In this document: in pieces, positions 27,950 to 39,677 of the stretch
Position numbering within the stretch: position 1 is the first letter of the stretch
Layout: each line of letters opens with the position of its first letter
From: Geosiphon pyriformis uo1
Taxonomy: Eukaryota > Fungi > Glomeromycota
Direction of reading: 5' to 3'
NCBI GenBank assembly: GCA_016748015.1
Contig: JAAOMT010000502.1
Span: forward strand, 310,001-374,000
DNA length: 64,000 bases
The notes under the pieces: generated by a model
What the model was told of the DNA's origin: nothing
Seen by the model: only the letters and a program-made list of their open reading frames with translations
The model's database searches: none
Translations under genes and position numbers: made by a program

Positions 27950-30900
27950 GATTTTTATTTTTTCTATTTGTTACCAGTTACTTAAACTAATCAAGACAAT
28001 ATTACATAATTATCTCAATAAAAACATTATTATTCAAATCAAAAAAAAAACAAAAAGATTTCAACCCAAAATACACACTATGATCTTTTATAATACCAAA
28101 TAATTTTACCACACTCTTAAATAAAACAGCATAAAGACCACCAATAAAATAAATACAAAGTTATTCATATACAAAATACTATTTTTTTTTTTATTGTTTA
28201 CATAAAATTAAGCAACCAAATACACTTTTTATGATAAATTACAATTTCATAAATAAATTTGACCAACTTTGTTATTGTATTTTTTATATTATCTAAAATT
28301 AACAAAGTTTTTATTAATTCAATTTTTAAACACAATGTTTTTACTTATTACTATATATAAATTATAATTAATAATACTTAAAAACAAAAATTAAAACACA
28401 AAAAAAGTATTCAAATTAGTACTAATTAAAAATATTATGGCAAAAAGTATTTGTTCAATAATATATAATAAGTAATTAAACTTATATAATAAATAAAACT
28501 ATAATTTAAAAATTCTATTTTTTCATATTAAATAAACAATATACTAAGATAACTAATATTATAAAGCTGTTTATAAACTATTTTTAACAATCTTTTATAT
28601 AATGTTTTATTATATAAGTATATAAATTGGTTATAGTTTTGTTAATATATTTAAAAAACATAAAAAAATTAAAATATTAAACCAAAACAGTATAATATCA
28701 ATTAATATTACAAATAAAAAATGAATTAATAGCTTTAATTCCAAATTTAGCATTTTACTAAGCTTTTTTATTTGTATTATTATAATTAAAACTTTTATTT
28801 TTTAGTTTTTATTTATTATTTAATTATAATTAATTACATATTTTAACAATTAATATTATTTAAAATTAGTTATTGATATAATTAATTAATGATTTAATTA
28901 TTAATTTAATTATTAATCAAATTATTATTTTTATTGCTATTTATTAATATATTATATCCAATTATAATAGTATTAAATATATTTAACTAAAATTTTTTTG
29001 TTAAAATAATATTATAAACATAATTTTTTTTTATTTAATAATAATTACAAAATTAAATTTAATTTAGTCTTATAAGTATTTAATAATAATTAATTATTTA
29101 AAAAAACAATAATATTACTTAAAGCTAATATATATCTAAAAACCAAAATTATAATTTATATTTAGCCAGTATAAAAGACAACAAACTATAAATTTTTATT
29201 TTTATTTTCAATTTTAAGTTAAAAAATAAATAATTATACTACTTATTATATTAATAAATATTAAGATTTTATTTAATCCAGTTTTTTTAAACCAGATTAA
29301 AAAACTCTAAAACTATAAGTATTAAACATAGAAATGTTAAATACAAATATTTATCTAAAAATTATTAAATATATAAAGTTTTAATTTAACAAAAAATTAT
29401 AACAGATTTTAGAACATCTAATTTAAAACTTGTAAATTTAATAATTTTGGTTTAAAAAACTGTTCAAAAATACTTATAATATTTACTAAAACACTTTTTT
29501 TTTAATTTAGATTTACTAAAAAGATTATTATCTATATAAAAAGAGATAATACAAAGTTTTATTTAAAAGTTTTTAAACAAATTCACTTTATTTTTCAACC
29601 TTATTTTAATTAAACAATTTTATTTCTTATAAATATTCTTAAATACAAAATTAAATTAAATTCTATAACCAATAATAAATTATAATATAATTAAAACTAA
29701 ATATTAATTACAATTTTTTTAAAACCAAATTAGTAAAAAATCAGATATTTAAATATGTTTTTTTTAAATTAAATATAAATAGATTTTTAATAAATAAAAA
29801 AATGCTAAAATATTTGTATATTTCTTTTTTTTTAACAACAAAAATTAATTTGCCAATTGGTAAAAATAGTTATAGTTTTATTATTATTAATAAAAATATT
29901 ATTAATCTTAAAAAATTTATTAACAATATTCAAAATATTTTTAATTTAATTGTGTTATTAATAAATATATTAGCTATTAAATAAAAATTAAACTAGTTTT
30001 AACTTTAATCTTGCCAGTTTTGACAATAAACTTAGTATTAATTCTGTATTTATACAAACTTTTATGCTTTTTACTTTATGTAAAAAAGAATTATAAAAGA
30101 TTTTTCAAAATAATAAAAAAAACTTTTATCTTAATTTAACTTATTATATACTTAATAATTTTATTTATTTTGCTATTGTAAATATAATTAAAAAACTTTA
30201 TAAAATATGTAAATCATCTTTTAAGTTTTTAAACTTAAAACAAACTTATTACAATACTTTTAAAGTTTATTTAAAATATGAAACAAATTAACAGTTTTAT
30301 TATTAAATAGATTCTCAATTATATTTAATAATTTATTACTAATTATTTTTTTTATAACTTTAAAAAACATTTAATTATTAACATAATTTAGTAAAATATA
30401 TTAATAATATCATAAATTAAAAACTATATCTAATATTGTGTTTGATTTTTTAAGATTGTTGTTTATTAAAACACTTTTATTAACAGCCAATATTATAGTC
30501 TTATTTAAACTGAATTTTAATGTAAATATTAATTTAATAATTTTTTAAAAACTATTTATTAATGAAAATAATTTTTTAATCATTTCCATTTTTTCTATAG
30601 AATATTTTTTTAATAGCTGAAAAATTGATATTTAATGCATAAAATTTATTAATGGCAACTTTAAATTTTTTCTTAACCATAAAAACAGAGCAACCAGATT
30701 TTAAAGCTATAAAAAGAATACATAAAAGAGATGTCTTTTTGTTTTTAGTATTAAAACTAATTATGTTAAGTAGAAATGCCATCAAATTTACCAGTATTTA
30801 CACTTTTCACTTTTGGAGTGTTTATTTAAGAGTTTAAAAAAGCTTTACTTTTATTACCTGTTTCAAATCTATTGTAAATTACTACAGATCTTCTTATTCA

Positions 30901-31230
30901 TATTTAGTATCTGTTTTTATGTCTTTATTTCTGTTATTAACAGCCAAACCATCATTCAAAAAAAATTTACTTAAAAAAATCATCTTATTACCAAAATTCT
31001 TGATATTTTTATTTATATTTTTTGACTTCTACATAAACCACCACCAACAGAACCATAAATGACTCCTCTTATTGACTTTTTCTTAATTATGTTATTACTA
31101 GTAATAACCACTAGCTTTAGAACAAAGGAATTCATATTTTGTAAAATATTGAAAGACAAAGCAGGAAAAAATAAAGAATTCTTTTCATAAAACTATTTCT
31201 TTTTGGAAAATTTGAGATAGGAGAGAAAGA
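27950..31230 (-). mobile_element. Internally deleted, hypermutated non-LTR (LINE) retrotransposon relic (ORF1 5' part plus ORF2 3' end)
   Basis: Minus-strand fragments KKKSIRGVIYGSVGGG, TPKVKSVNTG, VAINKFYALNINFSAI, IIKLIFTLKFSLNKTIILAVNKSVLINNNLKK (ORF1-like). LYKRLLKIVYKQLYNISYLSILFI*YEKIEFLNYSFIY is an eroded ORF2 C-terminal CCHC finger. LVKFIYEIVIYHKKCIWLL and IGGLYAVLFKSVVKLFG...IIM* (stop ~28002) are followed by an A-rich tail. Family assigned from recall of Glomeromycotina LINE proteins. Confidence 0.7.
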
Positions 31231-32019
31231 AGTTTTATATTTATATATATATATAAAATCATTTAAAAAATCAATACAAAGAATATAAATATTTAAATCA
31301 ATTATCATTTTTTTAAAAAATACTTATTTTACATAAAATATTAATTGAAAATAAAATATTCAAATATTAACTTTATAATATATTGCTAATTATTGATCAA
31401 TTTAAAAAAATAAAAAAATAGTTAATTATAAAGGCAAATTGTTTTTAAATAAAAAATTAATGTCTTTTTTCAAAAAAGTGACTTGCGCTAAATAATTTTT
31501 CAATTCATGAAAATGTGATCCAGAAAAAATAGTGACTTTCAATTGATCATAAAACTTATTTAATTTTTAGCATTGTGTTCCTAATATGCATATAAATAAA
31601 AATGCTTATTTGTTTGATAATCACCGTTTTACTGTATCACTCAAATTTGGGAACTATTTTCGTAAATATATTGCTGAAATTATGAAGTCTATTCCTACTA
31701 AAACGAAAATCTATTTATAAAATATTCTATGAAAAGGTTCAATCAAAAAGGTATTTAATTAAGGAATCAAAAATATGGTTGCAAAGAAACATTGTTTAAA
31801 ACAAGTATATTCACATAACAATAATAGACTCATACTATTTGATCACGTGAATATTAAAGCATCTTTAAAGTGATACCTCATTGCCTTTAATTTTTGAAAT
31901 TAGTACTCAAAGATATTTCAATATAAGTTTGCATAAGATTTTACTTAAAATTTGAATGTTCATTAAGAAGTACGAGAGCATGCTTCTCCAAGTTTGTTAA
32001 CAAAAGCATCCTTGAAAAA

Positions 32020-32295
32020 CAAATAATATTTCATTTAGCTACATTTTATCTTCTGAAATTAAAATATCAAACCACTAAAGCTAAATTTTAATTTTTTTTC
32101 GTTATCCGAAACAAAATGAATGAGTTTTATTTTACAGTAGCCTAAAGATTTAATTTTATAAATGAAAGAATCGAATAATTAATCGGACTTCATCTATAAA
32201 AAAATGGTATTAAAAAGAAAAATTATAAGTTAAAATGGATTCACGTTTGATTAGTGCGTTCGTATTCATCTGGATGTTGATTTTTCAACGAGTTA
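32020..32295 (-). pseudogene. Truncated duplicate of the GH5 gene 3' end (last-exon tail plus 3' flank)
   Basis: Aligns in direct orientation with 39421-39745 (e.g. cctaaagatttaatttta.aaatgaaagaatcgaat; tggatgttgatttttcaacgagtta). Encodes NSLKNQHPDEYERTNQT* versus NSLKNQHPGEYEDAGKTWKPA*. Homology stops abruptly at ~32295. Confidence 0.85.
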
Positions 32296-32369
32296 ATACA
32301 GCTGTGACTGTCGGTGTGAGAAACTCTTAGTAAAAAATAAGGCAGAGCAATAAGGAATCAAAAGTTTAA

Positions 32370-32940
32370 TACCTCGTATAATAGCTCTTGTTGTAGACCC
32401 TTGATAAGTGAGTCGAGATCAAATTAGATATTCTCATTGTCTTTGATTTCATCCGCAATTTTTGTCTGTTTTATCTCTGAAAGAATGTTTCGCTCAGTTT
32501 GATCGTAGTTTTCATTAGAAATAAAAGGACAAAATAATTATAGTTAAAAAAATATGCATTTGTTCTTCCTTAAAATCACTTGTGAATCATCTTTTCCCTA
32601 ATGGGTTGCTCTGAGCTTCATTAAAGTATAAGAGCGCGTCCAAAGTGTAAGTGAAAGCTTTGCATAAACCATAAATTTAATAAGTTCTAAATGATCTCAC
32701 CTTTTGGATAATCATCTCCTAGCTTCGGATTTTCAGGAAATTTTGACCCTAATTTTTGAATATTATACTTCCCAACAGATCGAGACTACCAGTAATATGT
32801 ATGTTTTCAACCGACAACTGATTTTATATAAGCAGAGCAATCAAATAACATCTAAGGTTTGACTCACTTCTTTTTGCTCACGCACAATTTCATCCTAATA
32901 GAACTTTAACTTTTGATTTAAACATTCAGACTCTACCTAT
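32370..32940 (-). pseudogene. Decayed multi-exon gene fragment, function unknown
   Basis: Exon-like pieces with GT/AG borders and in-frame stops: VESECLNQKLKFY*DEIVREQKE|gtgagt and NENYDQTERNILSEIKQTKIADEIKDNENI*FDLDSLIKGLQQELLYE|gt. Confidence 0.4.
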
Positions 32941-33237
32941 ATAATGACGATCTTGCAAATCATAGCAAGTCGCCCGACATGATAACCGACCAGGAGCCAA
33001 CCATTATTACTCGGGTCGATATGACAACCGAATACCCCTGATCTAACCATAACCGTTCAGAGTCCCTTTCGCTATATTTGATTTGCGATTATAAATAGAA
33101 AAATAAAACTTTCCGGAGTAACCTGAGTAAATGTTAGAAAAATAAGAAAGTTTTTACCCAATGATCAGGAGTCTTCTTTTCACATGATATAGATGTGCAC
33201 ACGCTTTTGTTACACAAAGATTTTTTTGATACATATC

Positions 33238-35903
33238 ATGAGCCATGTATTCATAACAAAATTTTCAAACATGAACATGTCTGTTCTCAAGGCTTTTTAC
33301 CATGACATCGCGATCAAGAACTGGACCTGTGATAATATGATAGAACATTATCGTACGAAATCGGAACACAAAGATAGGGTAAGAATTCTAGACCGCATAA
33401 GAAAAGATCTTCAGGAAGTAGCGAACTCCGACTCTGAATGTGATATTGTGCGCAAGGGAAAAGCTCAAGATATCCTTGACGACTGGAAGGTATGTTTATT
33501 AGGGATATAAGGGTTTGAATAGTTAAGAACTGCTCATTTGATGTCTGAATGAGTTAAGAACTTAGTCCAACAGTAATGAACTGCTAGTTCGACGCTTAGC
33601 GCAAGCTGGGACTGCTAGTCTCCAGTGATGAACTGCTAGTTCGACGCTTAGTGCAAGCTGGGACTGCTAGTCTGAAGGATAGTTCCTAGTTCAATGCTAT
33701 ATAGTTATTGAAAACAATTATTGAAAATGTTTCTTTTAAATATTAATATATTAATTATGTATTCATTTTCTGAGAATTGGACCACACAAAAAAACATGAA
33801 GCGTTCCAGTGATATGAAAATCGGGCGTCTGCAGGTGGGTTTTAGTGTAAAAATTTTATAAGACAAAAGAAGGATTATAAATAGTGTTTTTATTAGATTA
33901 AGAAGATGAAAAATTTTGCAACTGCAACTGGACGCGCGACCCAGATCGTTGATGGCAATATAGTATTTGAAAACTGTCGTCAAGATGTTAATGATGAAGA
34001 AGAAATGATGAATACTGAAGGAGCTTCGATTCTATCAAAAAAGGCGAGATTATTGCAACGCATCTTAAGAGTGAAAAATCTGAACTCATTGTTTGTCATT
34101 TGTTCTTTATTACTAGAATAATGATGAAAATCAGGCACAAACAAAACAAAAAATAAACGAATTTTTTCCCTTGTGTGATAACGCTTCTCACCCCTTTCAA
34201 CATGAAGAAGCTCATGAAAACGTGAATAATGGATATGATAATGAGGAACTTGTCATTACCTCAGAGTTACAATGTTATAAGGATAATTTTTCCAAAGAAG
34301 ATAGTCTTTTACAAGAAAATCCTTATGCTATTGTTGATTGTAAATTAATTATTAATAGCATATGTATCCGGTCAACAATAGAGAAATGGCGCGAATCATC
34401 AAAATACATTGAAGAAATACACAAGCAAGAGTATGTATATCTGTTGATATTGCTCTCATTGATATGTGTATATATATTTTAAATACTGAAAACTTTGCAG
34501 TTTAATGCGCTACAATATTCTAGACACGACTAGTTTATCTGCAACAGAAGCACGAAAACTTTTTAAGGAGCATTGGAATGATGTTATTAAAACAATAGAA
34601 GAATTTTTGTCATCTAGTTCTAATGTAACATCATTAGCTTCAAATTCTGCTCCCATTTCATCTTTAGCTGATCAAGACACAGAACAAGATGGACGGGCAG
34701 AAGATGTAAAACAATATCTAAAAAATGTATTGAAAAATGTAGTAAGTAAATCTTATTTTAAGATTAGATTTTGATTTGTTGGTAATTACCTATGTTTACA
34801 TTTATTTTATTAGAACAGTGCGAAAAAGTTAGGTGATGCAATCAAAACAGAGCGTGAAAGATTACGGACAAATGGGAATACAAAATGGAAGAAACGGGTT
34901 TTAGAATTAATGAAAATATTGTTAGCATTCTGTGCACTTTCTTATATTATAATTTTGATTTAGTACTAATATTGAATCTCTTTTACTATAGTCGAAAACA
35001 ATTTCAAAATGACAGAAACTGCCTTAAAGAACATCAATCAGAAGGCAATTATATAATTAAGTTTATTTCCCACATCTTTACCATGTTATTTGAAGATAAA
35101 TTGTCTTTGAACTGTAGATGGTAAGTTAGAATGTATTAAATTATGCTTGTTATTTTGTTAGTTATCATTGCTAATTTGTTATTTAATAGGGGTGAATCAA
35201 CTTTACAATGTTCTGCTATTCTGCTTAATCAGTCATTAAGAGATGATTACCGACGACGCTCCGGCAATAAAATTGACTCAATCATTTCAATGGTGGACCT
35301 GGACTTGGAGGTCTCAATCGTGGAAGTTTCGGGATCTCCATCATATCTTGATCATACTCACTATGTTGAGGATAAGAATAAAACTGCAAAGATGCTTAAG
35401 ATTATCCTGAACTACATTAAAATTAATTATTCAGGTGATTTCGAAGAGTTTAGGAGGATAAAAATATATGGTGTTCAAATATATGGTAAGTTTTATGAAT
35501 TGAATAAATGTTTTTATAAAAAGTATATATTAATTTTTTCGTTTCAAAAATCCATATAGATCATAACTTTCACATTTATAGCATGTGTATGCCCTTCGCT
35601 GGCATCTATTACTTTAAACTGGAAAAAAAATTCTCTTATCCAAAAATACCATTTTTGCTCTTCAAGAAGTTGCCAAAGTTCGCTTCAAACTTGTGGATAA
35701 TGCGAGTAAGTATTATATTAAAATATTGGCATACATTTAATGATACTAATGTAACTAAAAATTCTTAAAATTAGGATATGATTATTTCGAGTACTGAAAG
35801 TATACTGATTTATGTCACAAATACTATTTCCGAATCGAGTGATGATGATTCTAAGCTTGATGAAGTAAAAATCTCGCCCAAGAAAAAAAAATCAATAGGA
35901 TGA
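33238..35903 (+). CDS. 10-exon protein (~606 aa) with a C-terminal PD-(D/E)XK/restriction-endonuclease-fold domain; exons 33238-33489, 33775-33834, 33897-34043, 34117-34430, 34501-34741, 34814-34920, 34992-35120, 35190-35485, 35560-35705, 35775-35903
   Basis: All introns can be placed in compatible phase without stops; the intron 3 donor is GC at 34044 or GT at 34071. Motifs SEGNYIIKFISHIF..WGESTLQCSA..GNKIDSII..EVSIVEVSG..HYVEDKNKTAKMLK..IYGVQIY are typical of Mucoromycota/Glomeromycota REase-fold (Crinkler C-terminal-like) proteins. Basic SPKKKK tail. Confidence 0.75.
33571..33673. repeat. 52-bp GC-rich tandem repeat x2 in intron 1 of the REase gene
   Basis: cagt(a/g)atgaactgctagttcgacgcttag(c/t)gcaagctgggactgctagtct; units start at 33571 and 33623. 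Confidence 0.9.
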
Positions 35904-36096
35904 AAATAAGCGAGTCAAAATTAGTGAACTTATTAAAAAATTATTGCATTTATCAGTATATTTTTATGATCAGACTGCTACAATTTTGCATAAAAATTGG
36001 GCTTATTATATATAGCGTGATGGGGTATGCAACTGTGTATAGGAAAAATAAAATTTAATATGCTATTAATTAGTCGAATTCATGTTATTAAATCCT

Positions 36097-37403
36097 GCCT
36101 TTGGTGATCAGACATTAACGAAATCGATAGTGCGCCCAGCATAGCATAATGTTCGATGCCTAAAGGGAAGAATGACAATAACATTAAATTAGTGAGTAAA
36201 AAATGCGACAGCCTTTCTGTAAATTTCTGTCTGCATAATATCTTCTGACACATGCACCCAATCGTCTTTTCTAATCTTCTAGCTTTAGCTTTCTTTGAGA
36301 GGTATTTAATTCATCTTTCTTTGAGCAAAGATCATCCATAAATTTGCAGAGGCAGAGTCTATTTTGCCTACACCTCTTGTTGAAGACCATATAAATGGAG
36401 TACAAATGCTAGGATTTATGGAGACTGAATGAACAGAGTCATTCACGAGATTTTTGCAAAGCTGTTTTTGCGTCTCGAATTCCCAGGCAAACTTTCATTC
36501 ATTAATTTTCAGATATTAAGTGAGCTTGCCATCTTGTATGGATTGGGCCACTTGTTGTTTTCGCGTTTTTCCGAAGTGGAGAGGCCATAGTACATGTTAA
36601 TCCCGAGAATAAAGATACAAAGCAATTTAAAAAGAAACAAAAAAATTTATTATCTTTATCTTGTGTCGCTGTGGATATGCATATATTGCTGGAGTGCGAA
36701 GGTAAAATACATAGAAGCGAATTATTATGATGTGATGCAGTGCCTTACGAGATTGAAAAGATGATGTGTTGATGCACCTTGTTATTGCTTTGTATTATGT
36801 TTAATAACTTCCTTTCGCACAACCAATACTTTATCAATCGTTTTGTCTGTGATTTTAGCAGGATCGAACCTAAACAACTTCTTAAAAGCATGCCAAGACG
36901 AACGATGACTCTGCAGAATTTTCTTTCACCCCAGATAGCTGAAACATCATTAAAAAGATGTTTTTGTTTAAATGTCATAGGTTTTAAACATCCTTTTTCT
37001 GTGATATCATCTTGTTTCATAATGATGCGACGCCTTTCGTTCCATCTCATCCTAATATCAAAGGCAAATATCCCTAAGCCCATCCATCGCTTCATTAGCT
37101 GCTTCTGAGGATCGTTAGGATACATCTTGACAAATAACGCGCAGTTAAGACTTATAACGTTTTCCATGGGCTGCTGTTGCCTTTCCCTTATGCTTTTTTG
37201 TTCCTGCATTCTCTGCAGTAGTGAAAAGCTATCCTTCCTTGCATGCGAGATAAAGACTGTGTTGGAAAAAAGAATATCCTAAGAGTTTGTGCCTGTCAGA
37301 GGTCCCATCGTCGAAAAGAACCACGAGTTCTGCAGAATGAAGGGAGAAGATATATTGAAACTCGGAAGAGTCTTCAGGAACGAATTAACAATTTTTTTCT
37401 CAT
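36097..37403 (-). pseudogene. Fanzor2/IS607-type TnpB nuclease relic B (N-terminus through the W-x-HY motif; zinc finger, RuvC-III and right end missing)
   Basis: In order on the minus strand: LQNSWFFST (N-terminal extension), VKMYPNDPQKQLMKRWMGLG (TnpB YP..QK..W.G), SFQSRKALHHIIIIR, DGKLT..KFAWEFE (WED), VHSVSINPSICTPFIWSSTRGVGKI (RuvC-I, cf. SIDPGVRT), LCKFMDDLCSKK, KARRLEKTIG, QTEIYRKAVAFFTH*FNVIVILPF, MLCWAHYRFR*CLITK. Confidence 0.85.
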
Positions 37404-37500
37404 GACACGTATTTTTATAGGGGGAACGCGTAAAAATATACCCTTCTTGGAGAAGGATATTTTATCCTAAAAGTTGGTTCTTGTGAATGTGTATAAACAC

Positions 37501-37661
37501 AGATCTGAACGTTCGCGAATTTTAACCAAAAGTAATAATTTGTCTTATTTCTACTCGAGAATGTTTAAAAGCAGTAGAAATTCAAAAAAAAATCAAAATC
37601 GGCGATAACATTAATGTTAAGTGTTGACACTGTTCGTAAAGCACTCTAGCAAAATGGTTTA
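37501..37661 (+). mobile_element. Tc1 transposase N-terminal HTH relic
   Basis: RSERSRILT..LISTRECLKAVEIQKK..SVDTVRKAL*QNGL matches the Tc1/Tc3 pattern RSGRPR.LT..AVEIQ..VSVDTVRRAL..GL. Confidence 0.65.
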
Positions 37662-37814
37662 TAACCATATATTAGTCACCGCAAAATATGTAGTTGAAAT
37701 TTAGATACCTTTTTAGTGATGAAAAAAATTTCAAAATTATATTCTCTATTTAAAAATATCGGTATTTCCTTATTGAAGTGCAAACTCCATCGAATTTCAA
37801 CAACTTAACAGTAA

Positions 37815-38027
37815 TGCTCTGAGATAATTATAGATTCCCCATAAAAAGATTTACTGTTAGGATAGTAGAAAAAATTGAAGAAAAAGCTATAAATATTTCT
37901 AATAAAAATAAAAAATCCAAAGTTACTTTATTGATTTTTTAGTGACTCTCACACTACTAAAAAACTTGGATGCTGTTCAGCAAATAAAATTATTTTAATT
38001 GATAATGTCCAAGCTCATCACTCGTCG
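37815..38027 (+). mobile_element. IS630/Tc1-like transposase relic
   Basis: ALR*L*IPHKKI, YFIDFL and KIILIDNVQAHHS (second-Asp motif DNA.xH of IS630-type DDE). Confidence 0.5.
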
Positions 38028-39677
38028 ATGTATATATTAGGGAGAAACCAACTAGTTTACCTATAATTGTGGACAATCTATGCTAGCAAATTGTTAATTA
38101 ATTTAAAGAAGTTTCTTTGGAAATTCTTTTCAAATTCTCCAGAATCTTTTGGATGTCGACAATTTTTAAAAATATTTAATGCTTTAACTTTATTCCATTC
38201 AACTTGTAGATAGCGTTAGGAAGCAAAATTCTTGTTTCCATAACACTCCAAACCGTATTTCAAGGGCCGTAAGCGGGGTATTATATAGTATTTTTACCCA
38301 TGCAACAATCAATTTTTCCCAAAATAGTAAATGAGATTTAATTTGATGTCATTATAAACCATAATTTATAACTCCAAGTAACACTTGTTCATTATCCCGC
38401 ATTTGATTTGATCATTTTGACACTAGCTTCATTTGTGCTTGTTTGTCTAATTGTGGATTCTAGAATATAAAGGATTTCCTCTTTTGGGCTTTTATATCTT
38501 AATGTATCACAATATCAAATTTCCCAAAATGAAAAATTCGGCTACATTTCTTAATTTATTAATAGAGCTAGCCTTCTACTATAAATAACATCCATAACAA
38601 ATTCAATAGAAGTTTATCTCCTGATTTTTGTAGCAGATTATCTTTTCAATTATCTTTAATCTATTGAAAAACTTTAGCAGGCCTGTGAAATATTTAACAT
38701 TGGTAGTACTCATTAGCTCCTGTTGTTAACAAGTTTTGAATTGTATTTGAAAATAAACTTTCGAGACTAGCAGATAGAACAGTGTCTTGCAAAGGTGTAA
38801 TTATGAAAATAATAAAGAATAAATTACTCTATAAATACAAATAAATTAAAATTTAATACCAGAAAGTTTAAAACTGTGATAACCTATTTTTAATTTTCAA
38901 ATATTAGATCCTCAAAATAAAACTTGTTCATTAAAGAAATTTTTAACACAAGATAGATTACTAAATAGGATTATCTGTCCAGCTTTAGAAAAACATTGAA
39001 AAGACTAAGAGTAATTACAACAAAGTGTAGTCTGAGATTAACTCTTTGAACAAATAAATAAAAGTTCTCTAAATAAAAACTTCATATTTTTCTGAGCTTT
39101 GCCTTTATCGAAATAATGAAAGTTATCGAAATCAAAAAGATATTTGGTCAAGTAATCGAAAACATGATTGCAAACAGTGATTTCTTAATCCAATTTTAGT
39201 CTTGAACCACTAACTAATTTAACATTTTGGGTCATTATCAAAAGCTAAATGAATCTGAGAAGATTTTAAAAAATCAATATACTCACATGATTTATACGCC
39301 CTTTTCTTATTTGAGTGAATTTTTTTTGATTCTTTGGATTTTCAAAATTGACATTCAAGTCTACAACTCAATCGCAAGGATATATTTTTTAAAAAGAGCA
39401 TTTTTTATTTCTTAAATACCTAAATAAAATTGTATTTAACTAGATTTTATCTTCTTGAAAATTAAAATATTAATATATCGAAATCCTTGGAACCGCAAAT
39501 CACTTAAAATACTTTCAAAACTAGTTTAAGTTTTTCTCGTTATCTGTAACAAAATGAAATAATTTTATTTTACAGTCGCCTAAAGATTTAATTTTACAAA
39601 TGAAAGAATCGAATCATAATTCGGGCTTCATTTACAAAAAAAATGGTATAAAAAGAAAAATACAAGTTAAAAATAGA

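Noticed and set aside
33571-33673. This repeat and those at 58259-58970 as CRISPR-like arrays
   Set aside because: Head-to-tail units without unique spacers, only 2-3 copies, eukaryotic context, no cas genes.
36745-37209. 154-aa ORF as a stand-alone gene (superficially Crinkler-like ISLNC start)
   Set aside because: It is a frameshifted segment of Fanzor relic B; only part is in the ancestral frame.
38040-38800. Slightly GC-richer minus-strand stretch with broken frames
   Set aside because: No recognisable family or consistent frame.
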